Shown here one piece after another: positions 17,350 to 25,847 of a DNA stretch of 64,000 nucleotides. The translations under genes and the position numbers were made by a program. The notes under the pieces were generated by a model. That model saw only the letters and a list, made by a program, of their open reading frames with translations. It had not been told where the DNA came from and ran no database searches. How positions within the stretch are numbered: the first letter of the stretch is position 1; each line of letters opens with the position of its first letter. Source of the DNA: a virus. The stretch lies in IMG/VR virus record IMGVR_UViG_3300032116_000148, positions 4,861-68,860 of that record; one strand, written 5' to 3'.

Positions 17350-18635
17350 TTAAGCTCTATTTTTATTTCTTCTGATATGAGAGACTTATCGACTTCTTCG
17401 ATGAAAATGCCTTCCATGACACGCTTATCGTTCAGATAGTCTCCGAAAGTCTTAAACCCTGAAGCTTCTTTTTGATGAGTGATCTCCTTGATCTTATTTA
17501 TCAACTTGTTAAGGTCTTGGATGACCAGCGGTGTGAGAACATCGTTAGATCTCTCGGGGTCTCTCTTCTTCCTAAGACAGTTGAGGAAGATCTGGAAAAT
17601 CTTTTCGTTGTTACCAGATTTTTCGATGATCTCTCGAGTCTTTTCGTTTGGAATCATCTCTACGTTCAGAGAATGTTCAGCATTCTTGGCAAAATCCCGA
17701 GTCTCGAAATTCAAACCTTGTAGGTCTGATTCTCTCTTCTCCATGTAATCGTTGTAGATGGAGCAGACGAGAGTGAGATACTTTTCGTCTGGAAATTCTC
17801 CTAGAGCCATTTCAGACTTGATGCCGTGAGTCTCTAAAAACTCTAACAAGTCTAAGAGGAGTATCGATACTGAATCGGTGGATCTACGTTTGCTCGCCTC
17901 TTTTTTGTAGAGAGACTTCATGTAGGGGTCGACTATCTTGGCAGTGACTATTGATTCTCCACCAGGCTTTACGAACTTGAAGATGAGAGAATCGAAGACT
18001 GTCTCATCATCACCGGCCAGAAGAGGACGATATGTGTAATAGCCTTTGGGATCTAATATGCTGAAGAGGTATCTGAAAAAAGAATCGGTACCGATTATTT
18101 CCTCCAGCTCGTCTTTAGGAACCGCTAGAAATTCAAGGATCTTTTTCTTTCTTTCATCGTCTAATTTTCCAGCGAAGAGCGGAGGATTCTCAGAGACTCC
18201 TAAGCGATGAGCCCAGTCAGAGAGTACTCGTGGATCTTCCACTGTCTTTAGAGTTCTCGTATTTTGAGGATTCTTGATCATGATCCTGCTGAGGATCAAA
18301 CCTGATGGAGGAACTTTGCCATAGATGGAAGTCTCACCAGGAAAATAGTCGAAGCCGAAGAGCCAGTCTTCAGGCATTTTGAGCTTCACGTCCATCGGAA
18401 GATCTTCGAAGTGTTTGATGCCTTTCTCGTAAAAGAGGGCAAGAGTACGATCGATGAGATTGATCTTTTCTTCACCTTTCTTAAAATAACACAGAGAAGA
18501 ACCTTCTCTCATGACATAGAAGTCTGAGGCGTTGATCTTCTCAGAGACTATCACATAAGAATCGAAGAGGTCCTGTAGAAAAGTCTGGCCTCTTTCTCGG
18601 TAAAGCTTGTCGAGCTCTGGTATGTTCCCTATCAT
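17346..18635 (-). CDS. Divergent RNA ligase 2-like nucleotidyltransferase fold protein
   Basis: Motif-I-like VSEKINAS, III-like FGFDYF, PPLFAGKL, IV-like DSLIFK, V-like AKIVD in the correct order. Confidence 0.5.
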   Translation of the reverse strand: MIGNIPELDKLYRERGQTFLQDLFDSYVIVSEKINASDFYVMREGSSLCYFKKGEEKINLIDRTLALFYEKGIKHFEDLPMDVKLKMPEDWLFGFDYFPGETSIYGKVPPSGLILSRIMIKNPQNTRTLKTVEDPRVLSDWAHRLGVSENPPLFAGKLDDERKKKILEFLAVPKDELEEIIGTDSFFRYLFSILDPKGYYTYRPLLAGDDETVFDSLIFKFVKPGGESIVTAKIVDPYMKSLYKKEASKRRSTDSVSILLLDLLEFLETHGIKSEMALGEFPDEKYLTLVCSIYNDYMEKRESDLQGLNFETRDFAKNAEHSLNVEMIPNEKTREIIEKSGNNEKIFQIFLNCLRKKRDPERSNDVLTPLVIQDLNKLINKIKEITHQKEASGFKTFGDYLNDKRVMEGIFIEEVDKSLISEEIKIELK

Positions 18636-18640
18636 ATCTT

Positions 18641-19027
18641 TTATTTATTCAAGCTCCTCAGATAGCCGATGAGTTCTTTGTCAGTAGGCTGGATCTCGTA
18701 ATTGTTCTTCTGAAAGATCTCCCAAGAGTCTTGAGCGTATTGGCCGATGCCGTGGAGCTCTATGGGTTCTTTCCAATCTTTCTCTGTCCATTCTCGACTG
18801 AATTTAATAAGAGTACGAGCTCTCCTGTTATAGAGCCCTAGAGGTTTTATTACTCTAGCGATCTCTTCTGGATCGGCTGAAGCCATTTCTATGGGATCAG
18901 GCCAGAAAGAAAAGAGATCTTCTCTTACGCTGTCGACCTGGGTTCTCGTCGTCTGGTTCAAAAGGATACATCCTACTAGCATTTTCCACGGATCGTGCAG
19001 ATATATCTCCTGAAGCATCATAGACAA
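18641..19027 (-). CDS. MBD4-like HhH-GPD DNA glycosylase (true start probably ATG at 19021 or 19018)
   Basis: LQE..HDPWKMLVGCILLNQT, KPLGLYNRRA, PIELHGIGQYAQDS, catalytic PTD. Confidence 0.88.
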   Translation of the reverse strand: MSMMLQEIYLHDPWKMLVGCILLNQTTRTQVDSVREDLFSFWPDPIEMASADPEEIARVIKPLGLYNRRARTLIKFSREWTEKDWKEPIELHGIGQYAQDSWEIFQKNNYEIQPTDKELIGYLRSLNK

Positions 19028-19060
19028 ATCTAGTAAAAAAGATCCACTTTAGAAACTGTT

Positions 19061-19771
19061 TTAGCTGAACCAGCCAGTGAATGAAAGCCTTTTAGCGTAA
19101 GAAGGTGCATTCACATGAGAGACGAAGTGATCAGTGCCCGCAGATGTTGAGAGATCGAAAAGTATCAGAGAATTGTATCGAGGAGAGATGACTTTTTCTA
19201 CACCGTTAGGATCTCCCTGCTTTAGAAAATGAAGCATTCCTCCCCATTCCGGACGCCAGCCTCGAGAAATGTTATAGACAAAGCCCATCTGGCCGTTAGG
19301 ACCATCGCTGTGAGTCGAAAGGAAGTCTCCGATGCTATACCAAGAAGCGAAAAGCTCGTTGCTGCTGGAGACTGGAATGTCAGTGATCTGAGTAATGAAT
19401 TGGTGGACTTCCGAAGTAGCTAAGTAGCTCCTAAGCTCACACTCTACACAGTTACAGCCTTCAACGTGATCGTTGAGAGTTCTTCGAAAAATGTAAGAGA
19501 ATTGAGAATTTGCAAAAGCCTTACGAGCTGCAGATTCTTTCTCAGCAATGAGATCAGCGTTGTCTTCGGAATAGTAGCAGTTATGCATTTTATTCTCTCC
19601 GTCAGGAGAGGGTCGAGTGCTCACTGACCACCACCATTGGGGCATTCCCTCGTTGAAGTGGTTGAAGATTCTATCAGCTTGTTCAGGTACGAGAAAATTA
19701 TCGATGATGACAGAACCGTCTCTTAGAAATTCGTATTTGAGTTTTCTCTTGTTAAGATCCTTGTTTAGCAT
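19061..19771 (-). CDS. 2OG-Fe(II) oxygenase, prolyl-hydroxylase/OGFOD1-like
   Basis: HSD...H triad (LSTHSD, DHFVSHV), WRPEWGGMLHF, PRYNSLILFD, RLSFTGWF. Confidence 0.88.
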   Translation of the reverse strand: MLNKDLNKRKLKYEFLRDGSVIIDNFLVPEQADRIFNHFNEGMPQWWWSVSTRPSPDGENKMHNCYYSEDNADLIAEKESAARKAFANSQFSYIFRRTLNDHVEGCNCVECELRSYLATSEVHQFITQITDIPVSSSNELFASWYSIGDFLSTHSDGPNGQMGFVYNISRGWRPEWGGMLHFLKQGDPNGVEKVISPRYNSLILFDLSTSAGTDHFVSHVNAPSYAKRLSFTGWFS

Positions 19772-19773
19772 AT

Positions 19774-19804
19774 AAAAAAGGGAGAAGCTTTAGCCCCTCC
19801 CTTT
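19774..19804 (-). terminator. Intrinsic terminator abutting the 2OG oxygenase start
   Basis: GGGAGGGGC-UAAA-GCUUCUCCC then U6; the G-U pairs form only on the minus strand. Confidence 0.8.
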
Positions 19805-19831
19805 ATAGATTTATGTAAATTAAAAGTTTCA
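19803..19831 (-). promoter_or_regulatory. GAAAC-class promoter (2OG oxygenase)
   Basis: TGAAAC-N17-CTATAA. Confidence 0.6.
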
Positions 19832-19834
19832 ACT

Positions 19835-20497
19835 CTATCGATCGAGAGTATTACTTGAATTGAGAAAATTCATTAGAATAAAATCTCTATCAAGAATAGG
19901 CGGAACAACAGCAGTTTTTAAAAATCCTGGATCAATTCGACCCTCAATCATGCCTGCCCAACTCGATGCTGTGCGCCATCTCTGTTCATTTCTCTTTCTC
20001 GGCGCAAGATAATAGTAGGTAGGTTTGATCCACGCCATGAAAAGTTTCACAGGATCTTTTTGATCAAAATCCATGAATGCTTCAGAATATGATGGAAAAA
20101 ACTCTCCTTTAGGATCTACCTCAAATTCTACTGTAAATTTTGCATCATCCGGAAATTTTACTGCTTTGAGAACTTTTTCAAATTCTTGGTAAGCTTTTTT
20201 AGAATCAGCATTAAAGGCTTTTACTGCATTTTCAAGATCTTTTTCGATCTTTTTCTTGTCGATTGAAAGGGTCGGATCAACTATCAAAGCTTTTCGAAGA
20301 GAAGTTATGTTACGGAACTTTTCGATGATCTCTAATCTCCGATTCCTAAGACTTGTTAAATCTATGCGAAAATTAGGCACTTCTACACCCGCTGCCTCCA
20401 AATCATAAGAGCCAAAACGATCTCCGGTAGGATTTACTTTCATAGCCTCATTAATTCTAAGGTCTATGAACTGTTCGAATAATTTTACGTGCTTCAC
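19835..20497 (-). CDS. Putative internal head protein with capsid-targeting-like N-terminus
   Basis: GTG start, MKHVKLFEQFIDLRINEA. Confidence 0.55.
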   Translation of the reverse strand: MKHVKLFEQFIDLRINEAMKVNPTGDRFGSYDLEAAGVEVPNFRIDLTSLRNRRLEIIEKFRNITSLRKALIVDPTLSIDKKKIEKDLENAVKAFNADSKKAYQEFEKVLKAVKFPDDAKFTVEFEVDPKGEFFPSYSEAFMDFDQKDPVKLFMAWIKPTYYYLAPRKRNEQRWRTASSWAGMIEGRIDPGFLKTAVVPPILDRDFILMNFLNSSNTLDR

Positions 20498-20517
20498 TGT
20501 TCTGATTTTATTTTAGT

Positions 20518-21405
20518 TTAGTATGAGCGAGGTAGCCCTAATTCATCTGTCATTTCTTGCCATCTAAATTCGTCTATAACTTCCTTTGCTTTCATACCAT
20601 TCATTTCTCCCCATTCTGATATGTAATCAAAAAGTGCTTCAGGGGTAAATTCATCTTCGTCAAATTTACGATTGTCTTGGTAATCGTCGATGATTTCTCT
20701 AGACATGTCTTCTGCAAAATCTTTTAATTTCTTAATGTCAGATGAAGAATAATATCCCTCATTAACGTTGCCTTCATTAACAGACATCTTCTTCACAAAA
20801 GAATCGAAGTCCATAACCGCTTTCTCAGGCTTACCGTCTTCTACTTTCTTTTTCTCAATTTCCTTAGCAGTGTCCTCATCCGGTACAAGTTCTGCAGCTT
20901 TACCAGCTTCTGGATCTTCTTTAGCATCTGCAGCAGGAGTTACTTCTTCCGGTTGTTTTTCTACGTCACCTTCAGCTTTTTCAGGTTCGCCTTGTTTTAC
21001 TTTTTCTTTCTCGATGTCTTCGGCTTCGTCTTCTTCGATTTCTTCAGCGCCTTTTTCTTTTTCTTTGCTTTCGTTAGAAGCGACATCGTCGATGATTTCC
21101 TCTTCTTCTTTCTCCTCTTCGGCTTCGCCTTCCTCTTCTTTTACTGGAGCATCTCCGCCTTCTTTGTCAACGAGCTCTTCGCCTTTAGCAGTCTGGCCTT
21201 CGCCTTTCTTATAGAAGTCTCCGATCTCATTGAAGAACTCTTTCTTCTTATCGTCATCGAGTTCACCTGGAGAACTCACTCCGTATTTTTTAAGGAGTGA
21301 CATAAAAACTTCGCCGTATTCTTTTTGAAGATCAGCTTCTTTGATCGCTTGTGTAGACTCAGCTTTCTTAGTTTGAAAGTCTGTAAATTTTTGAATTGGT
21401 TGCAT
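20518..21405 (-). CDS. Acidic prohead core / internal head protein
   Basis: MQPIQKFTDF start, LKKYGVSSPGELDDDKKKEFFNEI block, long E/K-rich region, second motif MDFDSFVKKMSVNEG; late motif upstream. Confidence 0.55.
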   Translation of the reverse strand: MQPIQKFTDFQTKKAESTQAIKEADLQKEYGEVFMSLLKKYGVSSPGELDDDKKKEFFNEIGDFYKKGEGQTAKGEELVDKEGGDAPVKEEEGEAEEEKEEEEIIDDVASNESKEKEKGAEEIEEDEAEDIEKEKVKQGEPEKAEGDVEKQPEEVTPAADAKEDPEAGKAAELVPDEDTAKEIEKKKVEDGKPEKAVMDFDSFVKKMSVNEGNVNEGYYSSSDIKKLKDFAEDMSREIIDDYQDNRKFDEDEFTPEALFDYISEWGEMNGMKAKEVIDEFRWQEMTDELGLPRSY

Positions 21406-21436
21406 GTCTGTTTTTTTAATTTTTGGACAATTTGTT

Positions 21437-21444
21437 CTATATAT
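21437..21444 (-). promoter_or_regulatory. Late-type promoter motif
   Basis: ATATATAG(AACAA) ahead of the acidic core protein. Confidence 0.65.
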
Positions 21445-21446
21445 CT

Positions 21447-22955
21447 TTAGAATTTTACGTTCTTAATCGTATACGGGAACTTCTGTTCTAGATAGATGTC
21501 TCTACGGGCCTCACCGTGGCGATAAAGGTAATTCTTATAGACCCTGCTGTCTGCGGTGTATCTCATGTCATCTACGAAATCCACGATGTTTAGCATGTTC
21601 TTGCTCTCATGTTTTCTAAGACCACGACCGATTGATTGTCTGATGATGACTTCAGACTTAAAGCTCTCCGTGAGGAAGATATTGTGGATCCTCTTGACCG
21701 AAATACCGGTCGAAAAGGTACCGTAACTAGCCACGAGGATCACGTTGTCTTTGTTCTCCATCTTTTTCTTATAGACTTCTCGATAGTCTTTATCAGTGCC
21801 TCCATCGACATAATAGACTTCCTTTCCAGGAATCTGCCGCAGAGAGTTGTAAAGAGCCTCTCCCTGTTCAATTCTGTAGAAGAGGACCAAGCTATTATGA
21901 TTGGTCTTGGCTATGACATCGAGAATGAACTTTCTCCTCTTCTCGGAAGATATTACGAAGTTCTGTTCTAGATTGAAGAGGTTCTTTCGATCTTCGGGGG
22001 TTCGAGATAGAAAATAGAAGCTCTCTTTCTGCTCCTCTGAAGCATAATCCATTTCAATGATCATCACTTTACAAGGAGAGACGTGGCCCTGTTCTTGAAG
22101 GAAAGAAGCGCTGACGTTGGTGATCAGAGGTCCGGTGCAGGCCATGAGAGTAAGTCTATCAATAGTCCCTTTCTTGGGAATAGTTCCTGACAAACCGAAC
22201 CTGTAATCGCAGTGCCAACACTGATCGAGGATAGTCCTGATGGAAAGAGACTTGGCTTTATGAGTCTCATCGACCATCACCACATCAAATTCAGCAAAAT
22301 AATCTGCGGGCTTCTTCACCAGCGATTGGTAAGTCCCGACCACGATGTTAGAGCTCTTCTTGATCTTGGCTCCTGCGTAGATCTGCTGGACCTTCAGAGG
22401 AATTCTATCTTTGAGGTTGTATTCATCGAAATCTTCTGTGGCCTGGATGACCAGAGAGACGTTAGGTACGATAAAAAGGATCCGCTTCTTTTTGAGGACT
22501 TCTAGCAGATAGGCCACGACCATAAAACTGATCAGGGTCTTACCTGCTGATGTGGCTAATTCAGCCAAGCATCTACGATATTTTAAGATTCTGAAAGCTG
22601 CTTGGATCTGATAGTCTCTCGGTTGGAACTTAGGGTGCTTGGCGAAGAAATCGGTAGCCCATTTGGTGAAATCTTCTTCTTTGATCTCCTCGTCGAAGAT
22701 CTTCTTCACACCTTGCACCTTGATCTCGAAATTGTATTCTTGACCGATCTCCATGACTTCTTTCCAGAGTCCTGATGGGATCTTATTTCCCTTAATGTAA
22801 GAAATGTAGCCGTCCCAGAGACGTTTTTTGACCAGCGGGTGGAACCTCCAGCCCTCAATTCTTTTGGTCAGAGAGAGACGCATCTGCTCATATTCGAGTT
22901 CAGTGCATTCATCAATGATTAGAAATTTTTTATCTTCTGATAGTCTAATCTCCAT
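21447..22955 (-). CDS. uvsW: SF2 DNA helicase UvsW
   Basis: W DGYI block, PRDYQ, ATSAGKT, VDETH, GLSGT, ASYGTFSTGISV, RQSIGRGLR. Confidence 0.95.
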   Translation of the reverse strand: MEIRLSEDKKFLIIDECTELEYEQMRLSLTKRIEGWRFHPLVKKRLWDGYISYIKGNKIPSGLWKEVMEIGQEYNFEIKVQGVKKIFDEEIKEEDFTKWATDFFAKHPKFQPRDYQIQAAFRILKYRRCLAELATSAGKTLISFMVVAYLLEVLKKKRILFIVPNVSLVIQATEDFDEYNLKDRIPLKVQQIYAGAKIKKSSNIVVGTYQSLVKKPADYFAEFDVVMVDETHKAKSLSIRTILDQCWHCDYRFGLSGTIPKKGTIDRLTLMACTGPLITNVSASFLQEQGHVSPCKVMIIEMDYASEEQKESFYFLSRTPEDRKNLFNLEQNFVISSEKRRKFILDVIAKTNHNSLVLFYRIEQGEALYNSLRQIPGKEVYYVDGGTDKDYREVYKKKMENKDNVILVASYGTFSTGISVKRIHNIFLTESFKSEVIIRQSIGRGLRKHESKNMLNIVDFVDDMRYTADSRVYKNYLYRHGEARRDIYLEQKFPYTIKNVKF

Positions 22956-22968
22956 TGTTCTTTATTTT

Positions 22969-23412
22969 TTAGAAATCGTCCTCTGCGAGTTTTATTCTAT
23001 TTCTAATTGCAAAGGCCGAGTTGTCTAGAGTTCTGATACATTCTCGATAGAAATCGAGGTGTGACTCTAACAGGGATATTTGACGTTGGATAGCTGATAG
23101 ATCAGATTTTACGAACCTGTCTTTCTCTCCTCCGTTCAACTTCAAATTTCCGGTTGTGCTATATTCGATGTACTTTTCTTTGTACTTGTTTTCGTAGATT
23201 GATTTCTTCTTATAGATGAGAGCTTGGATCTCAGTGATGTGATCGACCAACATGTGTCTGTAGGAGAGCATGTTGACTTGAGAATCTACCAGCTGATCCA
23301 TCTGCTTTAGACCTTGGATCATCTCCAAGATCCTCTTGCTCCATTTTTCTCTGTCGCTAATTAGCTTGTCATCAAGCTCTTGTATTTTGTCTTCTATTAC
23401 TTTTTCGCTCAT
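22969..23412 (-). CDS. uvsY: Probable recombination mediator UvsY
   Basis: 147-aa helical protein next to uvsW; FVKSD, LDNSAFAIRNRI resembles the UvsY C-terminus. Confidence 0.7.
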   Translation of the reverse strand: MSEKVIEDKIQELDDKLISDREKWSKRILEMIQGLKQMDQLVDSQVNMLSYRHMLVDHITEIQALIYKKKSIYENKYKEKYIEYSTTGNLKLNGGEKDRFVKSDLSAIQRQISLLESHLDFYRECIRTLDNSAFAIRNRIKLAEDDF

Positions 23413-23648
23413 CAGAAGATGTTATCGTTGTCTTTTTCTTTACGGTGAATTCTCACCACTTTCTTTTTTACTTTCTTCTTTTCTATCGGAGGAAGAGAGA
23501 AGCCTTTGCCTCCATAAGTAGAAGCAGCGGCAAATCTGAGAAGCATCTTATACTTCTTCTTGCTCTTTTCATCGTCTTCAAAAAATTTATCGAGTTCTTC
23601 CATCACTTCTCTTTCTTTATACATAGATGATGTCTCTAGGGTTATCAC
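23412..23648 (-). CDS. Small hypothetical protein (acidic N-terminus, basic C-terminus)
   Basis: Fills the primase-uvsY gap; real start may be the internal MEELDKFF. Confidence 0.55.
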   Translation of the reverse strand: MITLETSSMYKEREVMEELDKFFEDDEKSKKKYKMLLRFAAASTYGGKGFSLPPIEKKKVKKKVVRIHRKEKDNDNIF

Positions 23649-24678
23649 TAAAATATAAGTTTATAGTGTTCAAAGCCTGTTTGTTTTCTTCTCGGTAGCA
23701 GACCTTGACCAAGTCGTTGAGATCTTTGATCCTATGACGAGTCAACCTGTTATCTGATATGTATTTCTGCCAGAGAAAGCCTTTCTTGCCCATCTTCATC
23801 TTTTCAATGATCTTTCTTTTACCTTCTCTATCATTATCAAAGAAGTATCTTACTGAATCTAGCTCATCAAAATCTTCGACGTTCTTTCTGACTCCTGTGA
23901 GGCCGATTGAGTTCTTCATGAACATTGCATCTATGGGCCCTTCAAAGACGGTAAAGTCTCTTGCAAAATCGAGATGGAGGATACCAAACAACATTGAGAT
24001 CTTGTTCAGAGCATCCATTTTTTCAGGAGGAATCTCTAGAGTCTTGTTCAGCCTCTTATACATCCTCTCCAGATTGTAGCTGAGATATTTAGCATCGCCA
24101 TCACCGAGGTTCCTTACTTGGTAGCCGATGACTCTATCACCGGAAGTATCAGGATTAAAGACGTAGAGGAGGTTCTTTCTCGGATCAAAGCCGAATCGAT
24201 CGAGGTTGCCGGTAAGAAGTCGGCTTCTGAGATATGCGTATGCTCTGCGAGTTCTATCATTAATGGGATAGACGTTCAGAGATCGATATAGTTCATCTCG
24301 AGGTATTGATAAGTTATCAATCTCTAGAAAGAGGTCAAACTTGATCATGTTGGAGACCTCGTATTTCTTCTTCTCTCTTACGAGTTTTACGAGCTCAATC
24401 CTCTGTTCTCCTTCGAAGCCTTCCTCAAAGTCTCTAAGAAAAGAATCTACGTCTCTGTGTTTTCCACAGTTAAAACAGTGAAAAGAGAGGCTCTCCCAAT
24501 AGAGATTGCCCCTCTTTTTTCTTTCATCATCGACTGAATCTCCGCAATATGGACATGCGAAGTTCAGTCTTTGATGCATCTGTTTCAAGCGAGACCTGTC
24601 GGAAAGTCTGTGAGTTCTGAGAAGAATCGCTTGGACTCTATCGGCAATCTCTGACTTTAAGTTGTCAGTTAATTGCAT
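23617..24678 (-). CDS. gp61: DNA primase (T4 gp61-like)
   Basis: Zn ribbon NFACPYCGDS...FHCFNCG; TOPRIM VFEGPIDAMF and FFDNDREG. Confidence 0.92.
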   Translation of the reverse strand: MQLTDNLKSEIADRVQAILLRTHRLSDRSRLKQMHQRLNFACPYCGDSVDDERKKRGNLYWESLSFHCFNCGKHRDVDSFLRDFEEGFEGEQRIELVKLVREKKKYEVSNMIKFDLFLEIDNLSIPRDELYRSLNVYPINDRTRRAYAYLRSRLLTGNLDRFGFDPRKNLLYVFNPDTSGDRVIGYQVRNLGDGDAKYLSYNLERMYKRLNKTLEIPPEKMDALNKISMLFGILHLDFARDFTVFEGPIDAMFMKNSIGLTGVRKNVEDFDELDSVRYFFDNDREGKRKIIEKMKMGKKGFLWQKYISDNRLTRHRIKDLNDLVKVCYREENKQALNTINLYFSDNPRDIIYV

Positions 24679-24681
24679 TGA

Positions 24682-25611
24682 TTAGAGATCTAAACCTTTT
24701 AAGAAATCATTGAGATCATCACCGTCATCCGAGCTCGTTTCTTCTTCGACCTGCTTTGGTTTAGCTGGTTCTTTTTTAGGAGCTGGCTCATTATCGAAGT
24801 TGAAATCATCGAGAGAAGAGTAACTCTCTTCTTTCTTGGAGACCACCTTACCGATGGCCGATCCAGGAGAGCGATAGTTGTCTAAGATTCTTTCGATAGA
24901 TGAACGAGTTGAGTCATCCCAAGGTTTGAAATCGAAAGAATCTAATTCAGGAACTTCTTTAAGATATTCCATGATCTTCTTTCTATCATCTCCGGTGTTA
25001 CCCATTGCACTGCCATCGATGGTGAGTGCTGTTCTTTTACCTTGGAATTTAGAAGCAGTGAAGCTATTGTAGCCTGCGCTCTTTGTAACTTTCAATTCAA
25101 AGTTTTTACCTTCGAAGAGATCGAATACTTGGCAAGGCTCATCAAATTGTGGATTGAGTTCCTCATCGATCTTTTGTTTGATCTGGTAGCCGTACTTAAA
25201 TACTTTTACAGATCCTTCCATGTCTGGGTTCTGAGGATCTTTAATGATCTGAACCAGAGAATAGTAGATCTCTCTTCTCTTCAATTTTTCAGCCATTTTC
25301 TTATCCACTGCAGATTCACTATTTCTCAATTTGAAAAATAGATCTTGTACTGGACATTTTTCGCCGATTGTCGAAGGAGAATCATAGTAAGCACCTTTGC
25401 CTTCGCCGTCTTCCAGCCAATAGACAAATTTACGAACAATTGATTTTTGAGGGTTTTTAGGATTCGGTACGAATCTAATCAAGGATGTGTAGACGCCGTC
25501 TTTGCCTTGATCTGCGGTGGGTTTGTAAAGATCTGAGCCTTTACTTTCTGTCCTCTGATAGCTATCGATATCATCGACGCTGAGGTTGAAGATGTCAAAT
25601 TCCTTTGCCAT
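24682..25611 (-). CDS. gp32: Single-stranded DNA-binding protein (T4 gp32-like)
   Basis: IRFVP, STIGEKCPV, IIKDPQNP.EG.VKVFKYG, FDLFEGKNF; acidic tail LNDFLKGLDL. Confidence 0.9.
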   Translation of the reverse strand: MAKEFDIFNLSVDDIDSYQRTESKGSDLYKPTADQGKDGVYTSLIRFVPNPKNPQKSIVRKFVYWLEDGEGKGAYYDSPSTIGEKCPVQDLFFKLRNSESAVDKKMAEKLKRREIYYSLVQIIKDPQNPDMEGSVKVFKYGYQIKQKIDEELNPQFDEPCQVFDLFEGKNFELKVTKSAGYNSFTASKFQGKRTALTIDGSAMGNTGDDRKKIMEYLKEVPELDSFDFKPWDDSTRSSIERILDNYRSPGSAIGKVVSKKEESYSSLDDFNFDNEPAPKKEPAKPKQVEEETSSDDGDDLNDFLKGLDL

Positions 25612-25725
25612 TTTAATTGCCTTTTGTTTAAGTTATTGATTACGTAAGCCGCCAAAATGCCGTTCTCTGATTTAGATTGGATTTCCCGGGTTGCCGCTCT
25701 TTGCCAGTTGATTGCCATTTTAATT
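25605..25725 (-). repeat. 14-nt direct repeat duplicating the ssb start context
   Basis: AATTAAAATGGCAA at 25712-25725 and 25605-25618. Confidence 0.85.
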
Positions 25726-25736
25726 ACTTACTTAAT

Positions 25737-25766
25737 CTATATATTGAGAATCTGAGTCAAGTTTCA
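25737..25766 (-). promoter_or_regulatory. Composite GAAAC-class and late-type promoter (ssb)
   Basis: TGAAAC-N14-CAATATATAG. Confidence 0.65.
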
Positions 25767-25819
25767 ACTTTTCTGATTTTTTTATCATGAAAAAAAAGTT
25801 TGATAAACGTGATCGTTTT

Positions 25820-25847
25820 TGAAACAAAGCTGCGCAGCACTATATAA
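25820..25847 (+). promoter_or_regulatory. Plus-strand GAAAC-class promoter-like motif
   Basis: TGAAAC-N14-CTATATAA facing the 3' end of the resolvase gene. Confidence 0.45.

Noticed and set aside
19061-19771. TET/JBP or AlkB assignment for the oxygenase
   Set aside because: The motif pattern (W...WGG.L, P..NSL..F, RLS..GWF) fits the prolyl-hydroxylase/OGFOD1 group.
20768-21300. Ser-rich and Phe-rich plus-strand ORFs
   Set aside because: Antisense shadows of the E/K-rich minus-strand gene; the same applies to the other short plus-strand ORFs in the track.
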